Virus record (IMG/VR): IMGVR_UViG_2690315831_000003
DNA: 51,350 nucleotides
From: a virus
Taxonomy: Duplodnaviria; Heunggongvirae; Uroviricota; Caudoviricetes
Direction: 5' to 3' (one strand)
Positions 35,992 to 45,171 of the stretch are shown here, one piece after another. Both the position numbers and the translations under genes were made by a program. The notes under the pieces are model-generated. The model was not told the DNA's origin, did not search any database, and saw only the letters and a program-made list of their open reading frames with translations. Numbering within the stretch: position 1 is the first letter of the stretch; each line of letters starts with the position of its first letter.

Positions 35992-36342
35992 ATGGCAATA
36001 TATGCAGGTCGTCTGACACAGATGATAAGTGTTCTGAACCCGGTGTTAACCCGTAATGCTGCCGGAGAAATGACGGAAGAATGGGTGTCATGCGGGAAAA
36101 TTCATGCGGATATCCGTGGCAGGAGCAGCCGGGAGCGGATGCAGTCCGGTGCGGAAATGGCGCAGGCGGAAATCCGCATCTGGGTGCGCGGTCAGTCCGG
36201 TCGGGAAATCACGGCAGCGTCACGACTTCATGTGCTGAGTGGTCCATGGCGTGACCGGATCCTGAACGTTGTCGGGCTGCCCGTGCCGGATGCGACCGGC
36301 GGGCGTCTGGAAATTCTCTGTCGGCTGGGAGGGGAAAAATGA
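35992..36342 (+). CDS. Head closure / head-tail joining protein
   Basis: 116 aa, next in the head completion module. Confidence 0.6.
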   Translation: MAIYAGRLTQMISVLNPVLTRNAAGEMTEEWVSCGKIHADIRGRSSRERMQSGAEMAQAEIRIWVRGQSGREITAASRLHVLSGPWRDRILNVVGLPVPDATGGRLEILCRLGGEK

Positions 36343-36785
36343 TCGAAACCCTGCTGGATTTTTCGGGGCTGGAGGACATCCGCCGCGATTTGCAGCTTCT
36401 GAGTGGTGCGGAAAATAACCGGGTGCTGCGTGAGGCAACCCGTGCGGGTGCGAATGTGCTGAAAGAAGAAGTGGTGTCACGGGCACCGGTGCGCAGGGGA
36501 AAACTGCGCCGCAATGTGGTGGTCCTTTCCCGGCGCTCCCGCGATGGCGGGATGGAATCCGGTGTCCATATCCGTGGTGTTAATCCGGACACCGGTAACA
36601 GCGATAACACCATGAAGGCGGATAACCCGCGGAATGCTTTCTACTGGCGGTTTGTGGAAATGGGGACCGTGAATATGCCACCGCACCCGTTTGTGCGCCC
36701 GGCGTTTGATGTGCGCAGTGAACAGGCAGCGCAGGTGGCGATTGCGCGGATGAACCGGGCCATTGATGAGGTACTGAGACGATGA
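36339..36785 (+). CDS. HK97 gp10-like tail component
   Basis: 148 aa, coupled start. Confidence 0.6.
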   Translation: MIETLLDFSGLEDIRRDLQLLSGAENNRVLREATRAGANVLKEEVVSRAPVRRGKLRRNVVVLSRRSRDGGMESGVHIRGVNPDTGNSDNTMKADNPRNAFYWRFVEMGTVNMPPHPFVRPAFDVRSEQAAQVAIARMNRAIDEVLRR

Positions 36786-37126
36786 CGGAGGCGGATTTGT
36801 ATCCTCATCTGGCGCATCTTGCCGGCGGGCAGGTGTACCCGTATGTGGTCCCCCTGCTGGATGGCAGGCCGTCGGTGGCGCTTCCGTGGGTGGTTTTCAG
36901 CCTGATTTCATCGGTGTCTGCGGACGTGATGGGCGGGCAGGCGGAGTCCTCAGTGTCGGTGCAGATAGACGTTTATGCCGGGACTGTGACGCAGGCGCGT
37001 CAGATACGTCAGGACGCCCGTGAAGCCATAATGCTGCTGGCCCCGGGAGCCGTCAGTGAAATGCAGGACTATATTCCGGAAAACCGCTGTTACCGTGCAA
37101 CCCTGGAGTTTCAGGTCACGGTGTGA
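36782..37126 (+). CDS. Tail completion / terminator-like protein (DUF3168-like)
   Basis: 114 aa, coupled start, immediately before the major tail gene. Confidence 0.55.
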   Translation: MTEADLYPHLAHLAGGQVYPYVVPLLDGRPSVALPWVVFSLISSVSADVMGGQAESSVSVQIDVYAGTVTQARQIRQDAREAIMLLAPGAVSEMQDYIPENRCYRATLEFQVTV

Positions 37127-37155
37127 CTTTTTCTTTTTTCCCACAAAACCCATAC

Positions 37156-37176
37156 CCCGCCGCGTGCGGGTTTTTT
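37156..37176 (+). terminator. Intrinsic terminator/attenuator before the major tail gene
   Basis: CCCGC-cgcgt-GCGGG followed by TTTTTT. Confidence 0.45.
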
Positions 37177-37192
37177 ATTATCAGGAGGCAGA

Positions 37193-37909
37193 ATGTCTGC
37201 TTTGTATGAACGCTCACAGCTGACGCAGGTGATGATTTCATCTGCCCCGGCGACTGCTGAAACTATGGATAAGGCGGAATATCTGCGCCTGGACTGCACC
37301 ATCAAGGAAGTCCAGTTCACCGCCGGTCAGAAACAGGATATTGATGTGACCACGCTCTGCTCCACAGAGCAGGAGAACATCAACGGTCTGGGGGCGTCGT
37401 CCGAGATTTCCATGTCGGGTAATTTTTATCTGAATCAGGCCCAGAACGCCCTGCGTGATGCTTATGACAATGACGCGTTGTATGCGTTTAAGGTGCAGTT
37501 TCCGTCCGGTAAGGGCTTTAAATTCCTGGCGGAAGTGCGTCAGCACACCTGGTCATCCGGTACCAACGGCGTGGTGGCTGCAACGTTCTCACTGCGTCTG
37601 AAAGGCAAACCGGTGTCCTTTGTGGTACCGCTGGCGTTTGTGAAAAATCTGGATAAGACACTTACCGTGAATACCGGTGCGCTGCTGACAATGTCAGTCA
37701 GTGCCAACGGGGGAACGCCGCCGTATAAATACGCCTGGAAGAAGGATGGTCAGCCGGTTGACGGGCAGACGACAGACACCTTCAGTAAGCCAGGTGCGCA
37801 GTCCGCTGATGCGGGGAAATATACCTGCGTGGTGACCGATTCGGCAGAGAAAGCACAGAGTGTGACGTCTGTTGAATGCACCGTGACAGTGAGCGCATCC
37901 GCCGGATAA
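37193..37909 (+). CDS. Major tail protein with C-terminal Ig-like domain
   Basis: 238 aa; C-terminal segment GGTPPYKYAWKKDGQPV...GKYTCVVTD typical of Big_2/Ig-like. Confidence 0.8.
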   Translation: MSALYERSQLTQVMISSAPATAETMDKAEYLRLDCTIKEVQFTAGQKQDIDVTTLCSTEQENINGLGASSEISMSGNFYLNQAQNALRDAYDNDALYAFKVQFPSGKGFKFLAEVRQHTWSSGTNGVVAATFSLRLKGKPVSFVVPLAFVKNLDKTLTVNTGALLTMSVSANGGTPPYKYAWKKDGQPVDGQTTDTFSKPGAQSADAGKYTCVVTDSAEKAQSVTSVECTVTVSASAG

Positions 37910-37923
37910 GGGGATGGGGCATC

Positions 37924-38298
37924 ATGAAAAAGGATCTGAAAACGCTGGCGCTGGCCAGACTGTCAGGGTTTCGTCATAAAACGGTGAAGGTGCCGGAATG
38001 GGGTAATGTCAGCGTGGTGCTGCGGGAGCCTTCGGCAGAGGCCTGGTATCTGTGGCAGGAAGTGCTCAATGGTGATGGAGAGGATGACGATACCCTGTCG
38101 GTGGTGGCGAAAACCCGCCGTAACCTGGAAGCGGATGTGACGCTGTTCTGCGATGTCCTGTGTGATACAGACCTGCAACGGGTGTTCACTCCGGACGACC
38201 GTGAGCAGGTGCTGGCCGTCTATGGTCCGGTACATGCCCGCTTGCTGCGTCAGGCACTGGAACTGATCGCTGATGCAGAGTCGGCCAGAAAAAAGTAG
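37924..38298 (+). CDS. Tail assembly chaperone (G-like)
   Basis: ATG 37924; ends at an A AAA AAG slippery site before TAG. Confidence 0.7.
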   Translation: MKKDLKTLALARLSGFRHKTVKVPEWGNVSVVLREPSAEAWYLWQEVLNGDGEDDDTLSVVAKTRRNLEADVTLFCDVLCDTDLQRVFTPDDREQVLAVYGPVHARLLRQALELIADAESARKK

Positions 38299-38603
38299 CC
38301 CGCCCGGAAATTCGCTTTCTGATGCGACTTGCGCTCCGTCTGGGGCGCACCTTATCCGAACTGCGGCACAGCCTGAGTGCGAGCGAGGCGATGATGTGGA
38401 TGGAGTTCGACAGGATATCCCCGCTGGGTGATGAGCGCGGGGATATCCGTAATGCACAGATCGTGAAAGCGGTTTTCGGGGCACAGGGGATGAATGTTGC
38501 ACTGAAGGACGCCATGCTCTGCTGGGGCGAGGATGAGGATAAGCCGGAGGTGGATCCGTTTGCGGCGCTGGAAGACGCGCTGAGCTTTGCAGCACAGTCA
38601 TGA
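37924..38603 (+). CDS. Tail assembly chaperone -1 frameshift product (GT-like)
   Basis: Heptamer A AAA AAG at 38289-38295; the -1 frame stays open to 38603 (track ORF 38322..38603). Confidence 0.55.
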
Positions 38604-38650
38604 ATGATGAGAACCGCTGAGGCGGTTTTTTTACGCCCGGAGAAAGGTGA

Positions 38651-41600
38651 ATGGCGACGTTACGTGAACTGATTATAAAAATTTCGGCAAATTCACAGTC
38701 ATTCCAGTCGGAGATCCAGCGGGCGTCCCGTATGGGCAGTGAATATTACCGGACCCTGCAGAATGGCGGACGTCAGGCTGCTGCGGCAGCCAGGGAGCAG
38801 CGCCGGGCTCTGGCTGAGCTGAACAGCCAGTTGACGGAAATCCGCGCTTCAGCTGTCGGAATGACCGGTGCGTTTGCCGGTGTCTTTGCCACCGGACACC
38901 TGATTTCGCTGGCGGATGAATGGGGTTCCGTGAATGCCCGTCTGAAACAGGCGTCGCAGTCATCGGATGAATTTGCGTCATCACAGAAAGTGCTGATGGA
39001 TATCAGCCAGCGGACAGGCACCGCATTTTCGGATAATGCGGCCCTGTTTGCCCGCTCTGCCGCCTCAATGCGTGAATATGGTTACAGTGCTGATGATGTG
39101 CTGAAGGTGACGGAGGCCATTTCGACAGGGCTGAAAATTTCCGGTGCCAGTGCGGCAGAGGCGGGTTCGGTGATCACCCAGTTCAGCCAGGCGCTGGCAC
39201 AGGGGGTGTTGCGCGGCGAGGAATTTAATTCGGTCAATGAAAGTGGGGACCGGATCATTCGCGCACTGGCTGCAGGCATGGGCGTGGCCCGTAAGGATCT
39301 GAAGGCGATGGCGGACGATGGTCAACTGACGGCGGATAAAGTCGTTCCCGCGTTAATCAGCCAGCTGGGGATATTGCGTGATGAATATGCAGCCATGCCG
39401 GAAACGGTTTCCGGTAGTATCACGAAGGTGGAAAACGCCTTTATGGCCTGGGTGGGCGGCGCGAATGAGGCCAGCGGAGCGACGAAAACGCTCTCCGGCG
39501 CGCTGAACGGTGTGGCCGGAAATATTGATACCGTGGCAACAGCTGCGGGTGTGCTGGTTGCTGTCGGGGTGGCCCGGTACTTTGGTAATCTGGCTTCCGG
39601 AGCGATGTCTGCCACGGCAGGACTTGTGACCGCTGCACGTAATGAAGTGGCACTGGCTGAGGCCCAGTTAAGGGGAACGCAGATTGCCACTGCGCGGGCA
39701 AGGGCAGCCGTGTACCGGGCTCAGCAGGCTGTGGCGGCAGCCCGCGGGACTGAGATGCAGATTGCCGCAGAGGCCCGTCTGGCGGTCACACAGGAACGCC
39801 TGAACAGAAATATTGCTGCCAGAACCGCCGCCCAGAATGCGCTGAACAGTACAACGGCGGTGGGCTCACGTCTGATGAGCGGTGCGCTGGGACTGATTGG
39901 AGGCGTACCCGGACTGGTGATGCTGGGAGCTGCCGCATGGTACACGCTGTACCAGAATCAGGAACAGGCCAGGGAGTCTGCGCACCAGTATGCACTGACG
40001 ATTGATGAAATCGCGCATAAAACGCCATCAATGTCTCTGCCTGAAGCCTCAGATAATGAAGGGCGAACACGGGAGGCGCTGACAGAGCAGAACCGGCTGA
40101 TTGATGAGCAGGCCAGCCGGGTGAAATCCCTGCAGGAAAAAATCGCCGGGTATCAGTATGTGCTGGCTAATCCGGGCTGGACGACCGGTAACGGCTTCAT
40201 GATAAACCATCTGACATCGGTGAAAACTGTAACGGAAGAGCTTGCTCAGGCAACAGAGCAGTTTGCTGTTGAGCAGTCCCGTCTGGCACAGATGCAGGAA
40301 AAAGCGCAGTCCATTCAGGATGTGCTTGCCGGACTGGAAGAGCGCCGTGTTGTGTTAATTCGTCAGCAGGCGGCAGAGCAGAATAAAGCGTATCAGTCAC
40401 TGCTGATCATGAACGGTCAGCATACGGAATTCAACCGCCTGCTGGGGCTGGGTAATGAACTGCTGCAACAGCGTCAGGGACTGGCGAGTGTACCGCTGCG
40501 ACTGCCACAGGCCACTCTGGATGATAAACAGCAGGGCGCCCTGAATAACACAGAGCGTCAACTTGCCCTGTCCCGGCTGAAAGGGGAAGAAAAAGAGCGT
40601 GCCCGGCTGGGGTATGCGGCGGATGACCTTGGTCTGGTGGGGGATACGTATCAGGAGGCGAGGCAGCGTTACATCCGTAATTCGATGGAAGCCTGGCGCA
40701 ATAATGAGGCGAATAAACCCAAATCCCGGGCCGGAAAATCAGGGGCGGAAAAAGCGGAAGACAGTTTTTCCCGTCTGCTGAAGCAGCAGAAGGAACAACT
40801 GGCACTGGCCGGGAAGAATACAGAACTGGCAAAACTGAAATACCAGACCTCGCAGGGCGAGCTGAAAACCCTGACGGAGATACAGAAGCAGGAGCTGCTG
40901 CGCAATGCTGCCCTGATTGACCAGAAGAAAATCCGGGAGCAGTTACGGGCCCGGGAGGAGGCTCTGAAAAATGATAATGCAGACGAAAGGGCATCAAATG
41001 ACGCTGAGCTGCTGGGGTACGGGCAGGGTGAGCGGGTCCGTGAACGGATGCGGGAGCTGCAGCAGATTCGTGACGGCTACCGCCAGAAGGATGCGGACCT
41101 GCAGTCTCAGTATCAGACAGGGGATATCAGTGAGGATTTTTACAGACAGGCGCTGGCGCAGAATGCGCAGTATCTGAGTGAACGACTGAAAGACCAGGAG
41201 GCTTTTTATGCCGAATCGGATGCGCAGCGTGCTGACTGGCAGAAAGGGCTGCAGGAAGGGCTAAGTAACTGGGTGGACAGCGCATCAGATTACGCTTCAC
41301 AGGCAGCACAGCTTGCGACAGACGGTATCTCAGGGATGGTGAATAACATCACGGAGATGCTGAACGGAAATAAAGTGGAATGGCGCAGCTGGGCTGCATC
41401 AATCCTGCAGGAAATATCAAAAGTTCTTATGAATGCGGCCATTGTCAACGGCATTAAGATGGCGGCAAACAGTATGTCCGGTGCAGGAGGATTTTTCGGC
41501 AGTATAGGCAACTGGCTGGGTGGCGCGGTGGCAAATGCAAAAGGCGGCGTTTATACCTCGGCAAACCTGAGTGCATACAGTAACAGTATTGTGGACACGC

Positions 41601-41893
41601 CCACGTACTTTGCCTTTGCAAAAGGGGCAGGGCTGATGGGGGAGGCCGGACCTGAAGCCATCATGCCCCTGACCCGGGCAGCGGATGGTTCACTCGGCGT
41701 GCGTGCGGTGGGCCGCATGAACGGCAGTGCGGGTCTGGTGTATTCCCCGGTGTACCACATCGCCATTCAGAATGACGGCGCTAACGGGCAGATAGGGCCG
41801 GAAGCGGCGGGCACCCTTGTGCAACTGATAGACCAGAGGGTACAGGCGGTGATGTTATCCATGCGTCGTGACGGAGGAATGCTGAGTGGATGA
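38651..41893 (+). CDS. Tail tape-measure protein
   Basis: 1080 aa, Ala/Gln-rich coiled coil, position after G/GT. Confidence 0.85.
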   Translation: MATLRELIIKISANSQSFQSEIQRASRMGSEYYRTLQNGGRQAAAAAREQRRALAELNSQLTEIRASAVGMTGAFAGVFATGHLISLADEWGSVNARLKQASQSSDEFASSQKVLMDISQRTGTAFSDNAALFARSAASMREYGYSADDVLKVTEAISTGLKISGASAAEAGSVITQFSQALAQGVLRGEEFNSVNESGDRIIRALAAGMGVARKDLKAMADDGQLTADKVVPALISQLGILRDEYAAMPETVSGSITKVENAFMAWVGGANEASGATKTLSGALNGVAGNIDTVATAAGVLVAVGVARYFGNLASGAMSATAGLVTAARNEVALAEAQLRGTQIATARARAAVYRAQQAVAAARGTEMQIAAEARLAVTQERLNRNIAARTAAQNALNSTTAVGSRLMSGALGLIGGVPGLVMLGAAAWYTLYQNQEQARESAHQYALTIDEIAHKTPSMSLPEASDNEGRTREALTEQNRLIDEQASRVKSLQEKIAGYQYVLANPGWTTGNGFMINHLTSVKTVTEELAQATEQFAVEQSRLAQMQEKAQSIQDVLAGLEERRVVLIRQQAAEQNKAYQSLLIMNGQHTEFNRLLGLGNELLQQRQGLASVPLRLPQATLDDKQQGALNNTERQLALSRLKGEEKERARLGYAADDLGLVGDTYQEARQRYIRNSMEAWRNNEANKPKSRAGKSGAEKAEDSFSRLLKQQKEQLALAGKNTELAKLKYQTSQGELKTLTEIQKQELLRNAALIDQKKIREQLRAREEALKNDNADERASNDAELLGYGQGERVRERMRELQQIRDGYRQKDADLQSQYQTGDISEDFYRQALAQNAQYLSERLKDQEAFYAESDAQRADWQKGLQEGLSNWVDSASDYASQAAQLATDGISGMVNNITEMLNGNKVEWRSWAASILQEISKVLMNAAIVNGIKMAANSMSGAGGFFGSIGNWLGGAVANAKGGVYTSANLSAYSNSIVDTPTYFAFAKGAGLMGEAGPEAIMPLTRAADGSLGVRAVGRMNGSAGLVYSPVYHIAIQNDGANGQIGPEAAGTLVQLIDQRVQAVMLSMRRDGGMLSG

Positions 41894-42227
41894 GATTAAG
41901 ACCCTTCACTGGTGTCCCCGGGAAGGGATGCAGGTGACGGAGAAACCGTCGGTGGTGACGGTGAAGTTTGGCGACGGTTATCAGCAGCGTCGTCCGGCAG
42001 GACTGAATGCGCAACTGAAGACCTTTCAGGTGGTTTTTCGGGTGACAACGGATGCTGAGCGGGAGGCACTGTCCGCGTTTCTGTCATGGCATGGCGGTTA
42101 CCGGGCTTTTTTGTGGAAGCCCCCGAAACATAACCGGACGGTCAGGGTGGTGTGCCGGGAGTGGAGTATTACGGATAACGCCCGGTACAGTGATTTCAGT
42201 TGCACGATAGAGCAGGTGGTGAACTGA
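41886..42227 (+). CDS. Minor tail protein M-like
   Basis: 113 aa, coupled to the tape-measure stop. Confidence 0.75.
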   Translation: MDEIKTLHWCPREGMQVTEKPSVVTVKFGDGYQQRRPAGLNAQLKTFQVVFRVTTDAEREALSAFLSWHGGYRAFLWKPPKHNRTVRVVCREWSITDNARYSDFSCTIEQVVN

Positions 42228-42925
42228 TGCAGGATATTCACGAAGCAAGCCTGAACGAGTCGGTTAAATCAGAGCAGTCACCGCGGGTGGTGCTCTGGGA
42301 AATCGACCTGACGGTGCAGGGCGGTGAGCGGTATTTTTTCTGCAATGAGCTGAATGAAAAAGGGGAGCCGGTGACCTGGCAGGGGCGTGAATATCAGGCG
42401 TACCCGATTGAGGGGAGTAGCTTTGAGATGAACGGAAAGGGCAGCAGTGCCCGCCCGTCGCTGACAGTGTCCAATCTTTTCGGCCTTGTCACCGGGATGG
42501 CGGAGGATTTGCAGAGCCTGGTGGGGGCCACGGTGGTCCGTCGCCGGGTGTATGCGCGTTTTCTGGATGCGGTGAACTTTGTGGCGGGGAATCCGGAGGC
42601 CGACCCGGAGCAGGAGCTGACGGACCGGTGGGTGGTGGAGCAGATGTCAGCGCTGACGGCCATGACGGCCTCGTTTGTGCTGGCGACACCGACGGAGACG
42701 GACGGTGCGCTGTTTCCCGGTCGCATCATGCTGGCGAACACCTGTATGTGGGATTACCGGGGCGATGAATGCGGGTATAACGGTCCGGCAGTGGCGGATG
42801 AGTTCGACAACCCCACCACGGATATCCGGAAGGACAGATGCAGTAAATGCATGCGCGGGTGTGAGATGCGCGGCATGGTGGCTAATTTCGGCGGTTTCCT
42901 TTCCATTAATAAACTTTCGCAGTAA
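42227..42925 (+). CDS. Minor tail protein L-like
   Basis: ATG 42227 overlapping the M stop; C-terminal Cys cluster. Confidence 0.75.
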   Translation: MQDIHEASLNESVKSEQSPRVVLWEIDLTVQGGERYFFCNELNEKGEPVTWQGREYQAYPIEGSSFEMNGKGSSARPSLTVSNLFGLVTGMAEDLQSLVGATVVRRRVYARFLDAVNFVAGNPEADPEQELTDRWVVEQMSALTAMTASFVLATPTETDGALFPGRIMLANTCMWDYRGDECGYNGPAVADEFDNPTTDIRKDRCSKCMRGCEMRGMVANFGGFLSINKLSQ

Positions 42926-42935
42926 ATCCCGTTTT

Positions 42936-43679
42936 ATGACACAGACTGAATCAGCGATTCTGGCGCATGCCCGGCGGTGTGCGCCAGCGGAGTCGTGCGG
43001 CTTCGTGATAAGCACCCCGGAGGGCGAACGGTACCAGTCCTGCGTGAATATCTCCGCAGAGCCGGAGGCGTACTTTCGTATTGCGCCGGAAGACTGGCTG
43101 CAGGCACAGATGCAGGGGGAGATTGTGGCGCTGGTCCACAGTCATCCCGGTGGTCTGCCCTGGCTGAGCGAGGCGGACCGGCGGCTGCAGATAAAGAGTG
43201 CCCTGCCCTGGTGGCTGGTCTGTCGGGGTGAAATTCACCGCTTCCGCTGTGTGCCGCACCTGACCGGACGGCGCTTTGAACACGGTGTGACGGACTGTTA
43301 CACCCTGTTCCGGGATGCATACCATCTGGCGGGGATAACGCTGCCGGATTTTGTGCGTGAGGATGACTGGTGGCGCAACGGCCAGAACCTGTACCTGGAC
43401 AACCTGGCGGAAAACGGCTTTTGCCGGGTGTCTCCATCCTGTGCACAGGCAGGCGATATTCTGCTGTGCTGCTTTGGTTCATCGGTGCCGAATCATGCCG
43501 CCATTTACTGTGGCAACGGTGACCTGCTTCACCATATACCTGAACAACTGAGTAAACGGGAGAGGTATTCTGAAAAATGGCAACGACGAACGCATTCTGT
43601 CTGGCGTCACCGCCACTGGTCCGCATCTGCCTTCACGGGGATTTACAACGATTTGGTCGCCGCATCAGCCTGTATGTGA
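42936..43679 (+). CDS. Tail assembly protein K-like (JAB/MPN plus NlpC/P60-like)
   Basis: ATG 42936; HSHPGG motif consistent with JAMM/MPN; Cys/His of papain-like fold. Confidence 0.75.
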   Translation: MTQTESAILAHARRCAPAESCGFVISTPEGERYQSCVNISAEPEAYFRIAPEDWLQAQMQGEIVALVHSHPGGLPWLSEADRRLQIKSALPWWLVCRGEIHRFRCVPHLTGRRFEHGVTDCYTLFRDAYHLAGITLPDFVREDDWWRNGQNLYLDNLAENGFCRVSPSCAQAGDILLCCFGSSVPNHAAIYCGNGDLLHHIPEQLSKRERYSEKWQRRTHSVWRHRHWSASAFTGIYNDLVAASACM

Positions 43680-44257
43680 ACACGGCAGCGGAGGCCATCC
43701 GTGCCCTGTCGCAGCAGGTGCCGGGATTCCGCTGTCAGATGAACGAAGGCTGGTACCAGATACGTATTGCCGGTGAGGATACCGCGCCGGAGGCGGTGTA
43801 TGCCCGTCTTCATGAACCGCTGAGCGGGAGAGCCGTGATACATATTGTACCGAGGCTGGCAGGGGCCGGGGGAAATGGTGTTTTTCAGGTGGTGCTGGGG
43901 GCTGCAGCCATCGTGGGCTCTTTCTTCACCGCCGGTGCAACGATGGCGTTGTGGGGCGCAGCCCTGAGTGCCGGAGGGCTGACTGCCACCACGATGCTGT
44001 TCTCACTGGGTGCCAGCATGATACTGGGTGGTGTGGCCCAGATGCTGGCCCCGAAGGCAAAGACGCCGGAGTACAAAAGCACGGATAACGGCAGACAGAA
44101 CACGTATTTTTCGTCACTGGACAACATGATTGCTCAGGGGAATCCGGTGCCGGTGCCTTACGGTGAAATGCTGGTTGGTTCACGACGGATATCCCAGGAC
44201 ATCAGCACCCGTGATGAGGGCGGTGACGGGAAAGTGGTGGTTATCGGGCGGGGATGA
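43577..44257 (+). CDS. Tail assembly protein I-like
   Basis: 226 aa; N-terminus and Gly/Ala-rich hydrophobic C-half closely follow recalled lambda I; overlaps K 3' end as in lambda. Confidence 0.8.
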   Translation: MATTNAFCLASPPLVRICLHGDLQRFGRRISLYVNTAAEAIRALSQQVPGFRCQMNEGWYQIRIAGEDTAPEAVYARLHEPLSGRAVIHIVPRLAGAGGNGVFQVVLGAAAIVGSFFTAGATMALWGAALSAGGLTATTMLFSLGASMILGGVAQMLAPKAKTPEYKSTDNGRQNTYFSSLDNMIAQGNPVPVPYGEMLVGSRRISQDISTRDEGGDGKVVVIGRG

Positions 44258-44261
44258 AAAA

Positions 44262-45128
44262 TAAAAAAAATCCCGCAGTGCTCTGTAGCTGCGGGAAGAG
44301 ATACGAAGATTAACTTTAAGGAATTTTTCATTATTCTGGCAGATGAACTGTAACGCAGCGTGATTATGAGCACTACAGTCAGTGTGCGGAAATGTGAATA
44401 AACTCAGAATTTTTATTCACGGGAAGGGAGGGGCCGGATATCGGTGGCAGAGGACAGAAGGCATCATGCGGGTTCAGGGGATAAAAAAATCCCGCAGTAC
44501 TCCGTGCTGCGGGAAGAGAACGATGTTGACTAACCTGAAGGCGTTTTATTTTTATTGACCCGAAGAAACTGTAACCTGCCGGAATGCACTCTGCCACGGA
44601 GAATGACGGAAAATGTGAAGAAAATCAGAGTTTTTATTTATCCCGTACATTCGTCTCTGGCGACAGAGTGGCGTCAGTAATGTCCGTGATACTGAGGGGG
44701 GAATTAAAAAATCTCCCGTAATACACCTGGATATTGACGGGAGAAACGAATAGTCACCTTAAGGAGTAGTTTTGATTATTGCCTGTAATCAGCGGGTGAA
44801 TTGTAACGTATGGTGATTATGAGTGCCACAGGTAATTTGCAGAAATGTGAATAAATTCAGAATTTTTATTCACAGGAAGGGGCTGCGGGATATCGGTGGC
44901 AGAGGACAGAAAATATCAGGCCGGGTTTAAGGGATAAAAAAATCCCGCAGAGTCAGCGGAGCTGCGGGAGAGAACGATGAAGATTAACGTTATGGAGTTA
45001 TTTTTCAGGCATCAAAAAAGTAACGCAGCGTCATTATTGCGGCTACAGGCAATTTGCAGAAATGTGAAGAATTTCAGAAATTTTATTCCGTCATGACACA
45101 GGCACCCTCCGGGGTGCCTGTTGTTTTT
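44262..45128. repeat. About 860-bp non-coding insert between I and J with four degenerate ~215-bp tandem units
   Basis: Each unit has an A-run plus hairpin (CCCGCAG..CTGCGGG; minus-strand intrinsic terminator), a TGTAACG..GTGATTATGAG block and an inverted repeat GTGAATAAA..TTTATTCAC; no ORF. Confidence 0.7.
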
Positions 45129-45171
45129 GGGCATAAACAGATTCAGACATCAGACAGGAGAGGGGGACAGA

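Noticed and set aside
42647-43626. Several overlapping ORFs (42675..43679 upstream part, 42934..43626 minus, 42951..43325 minus) around the L/K genes
   Set aside because: GC-rich antisense or out-of-frame ORFs; K-like start is the ATG at 42936 with conserved downstream sequence
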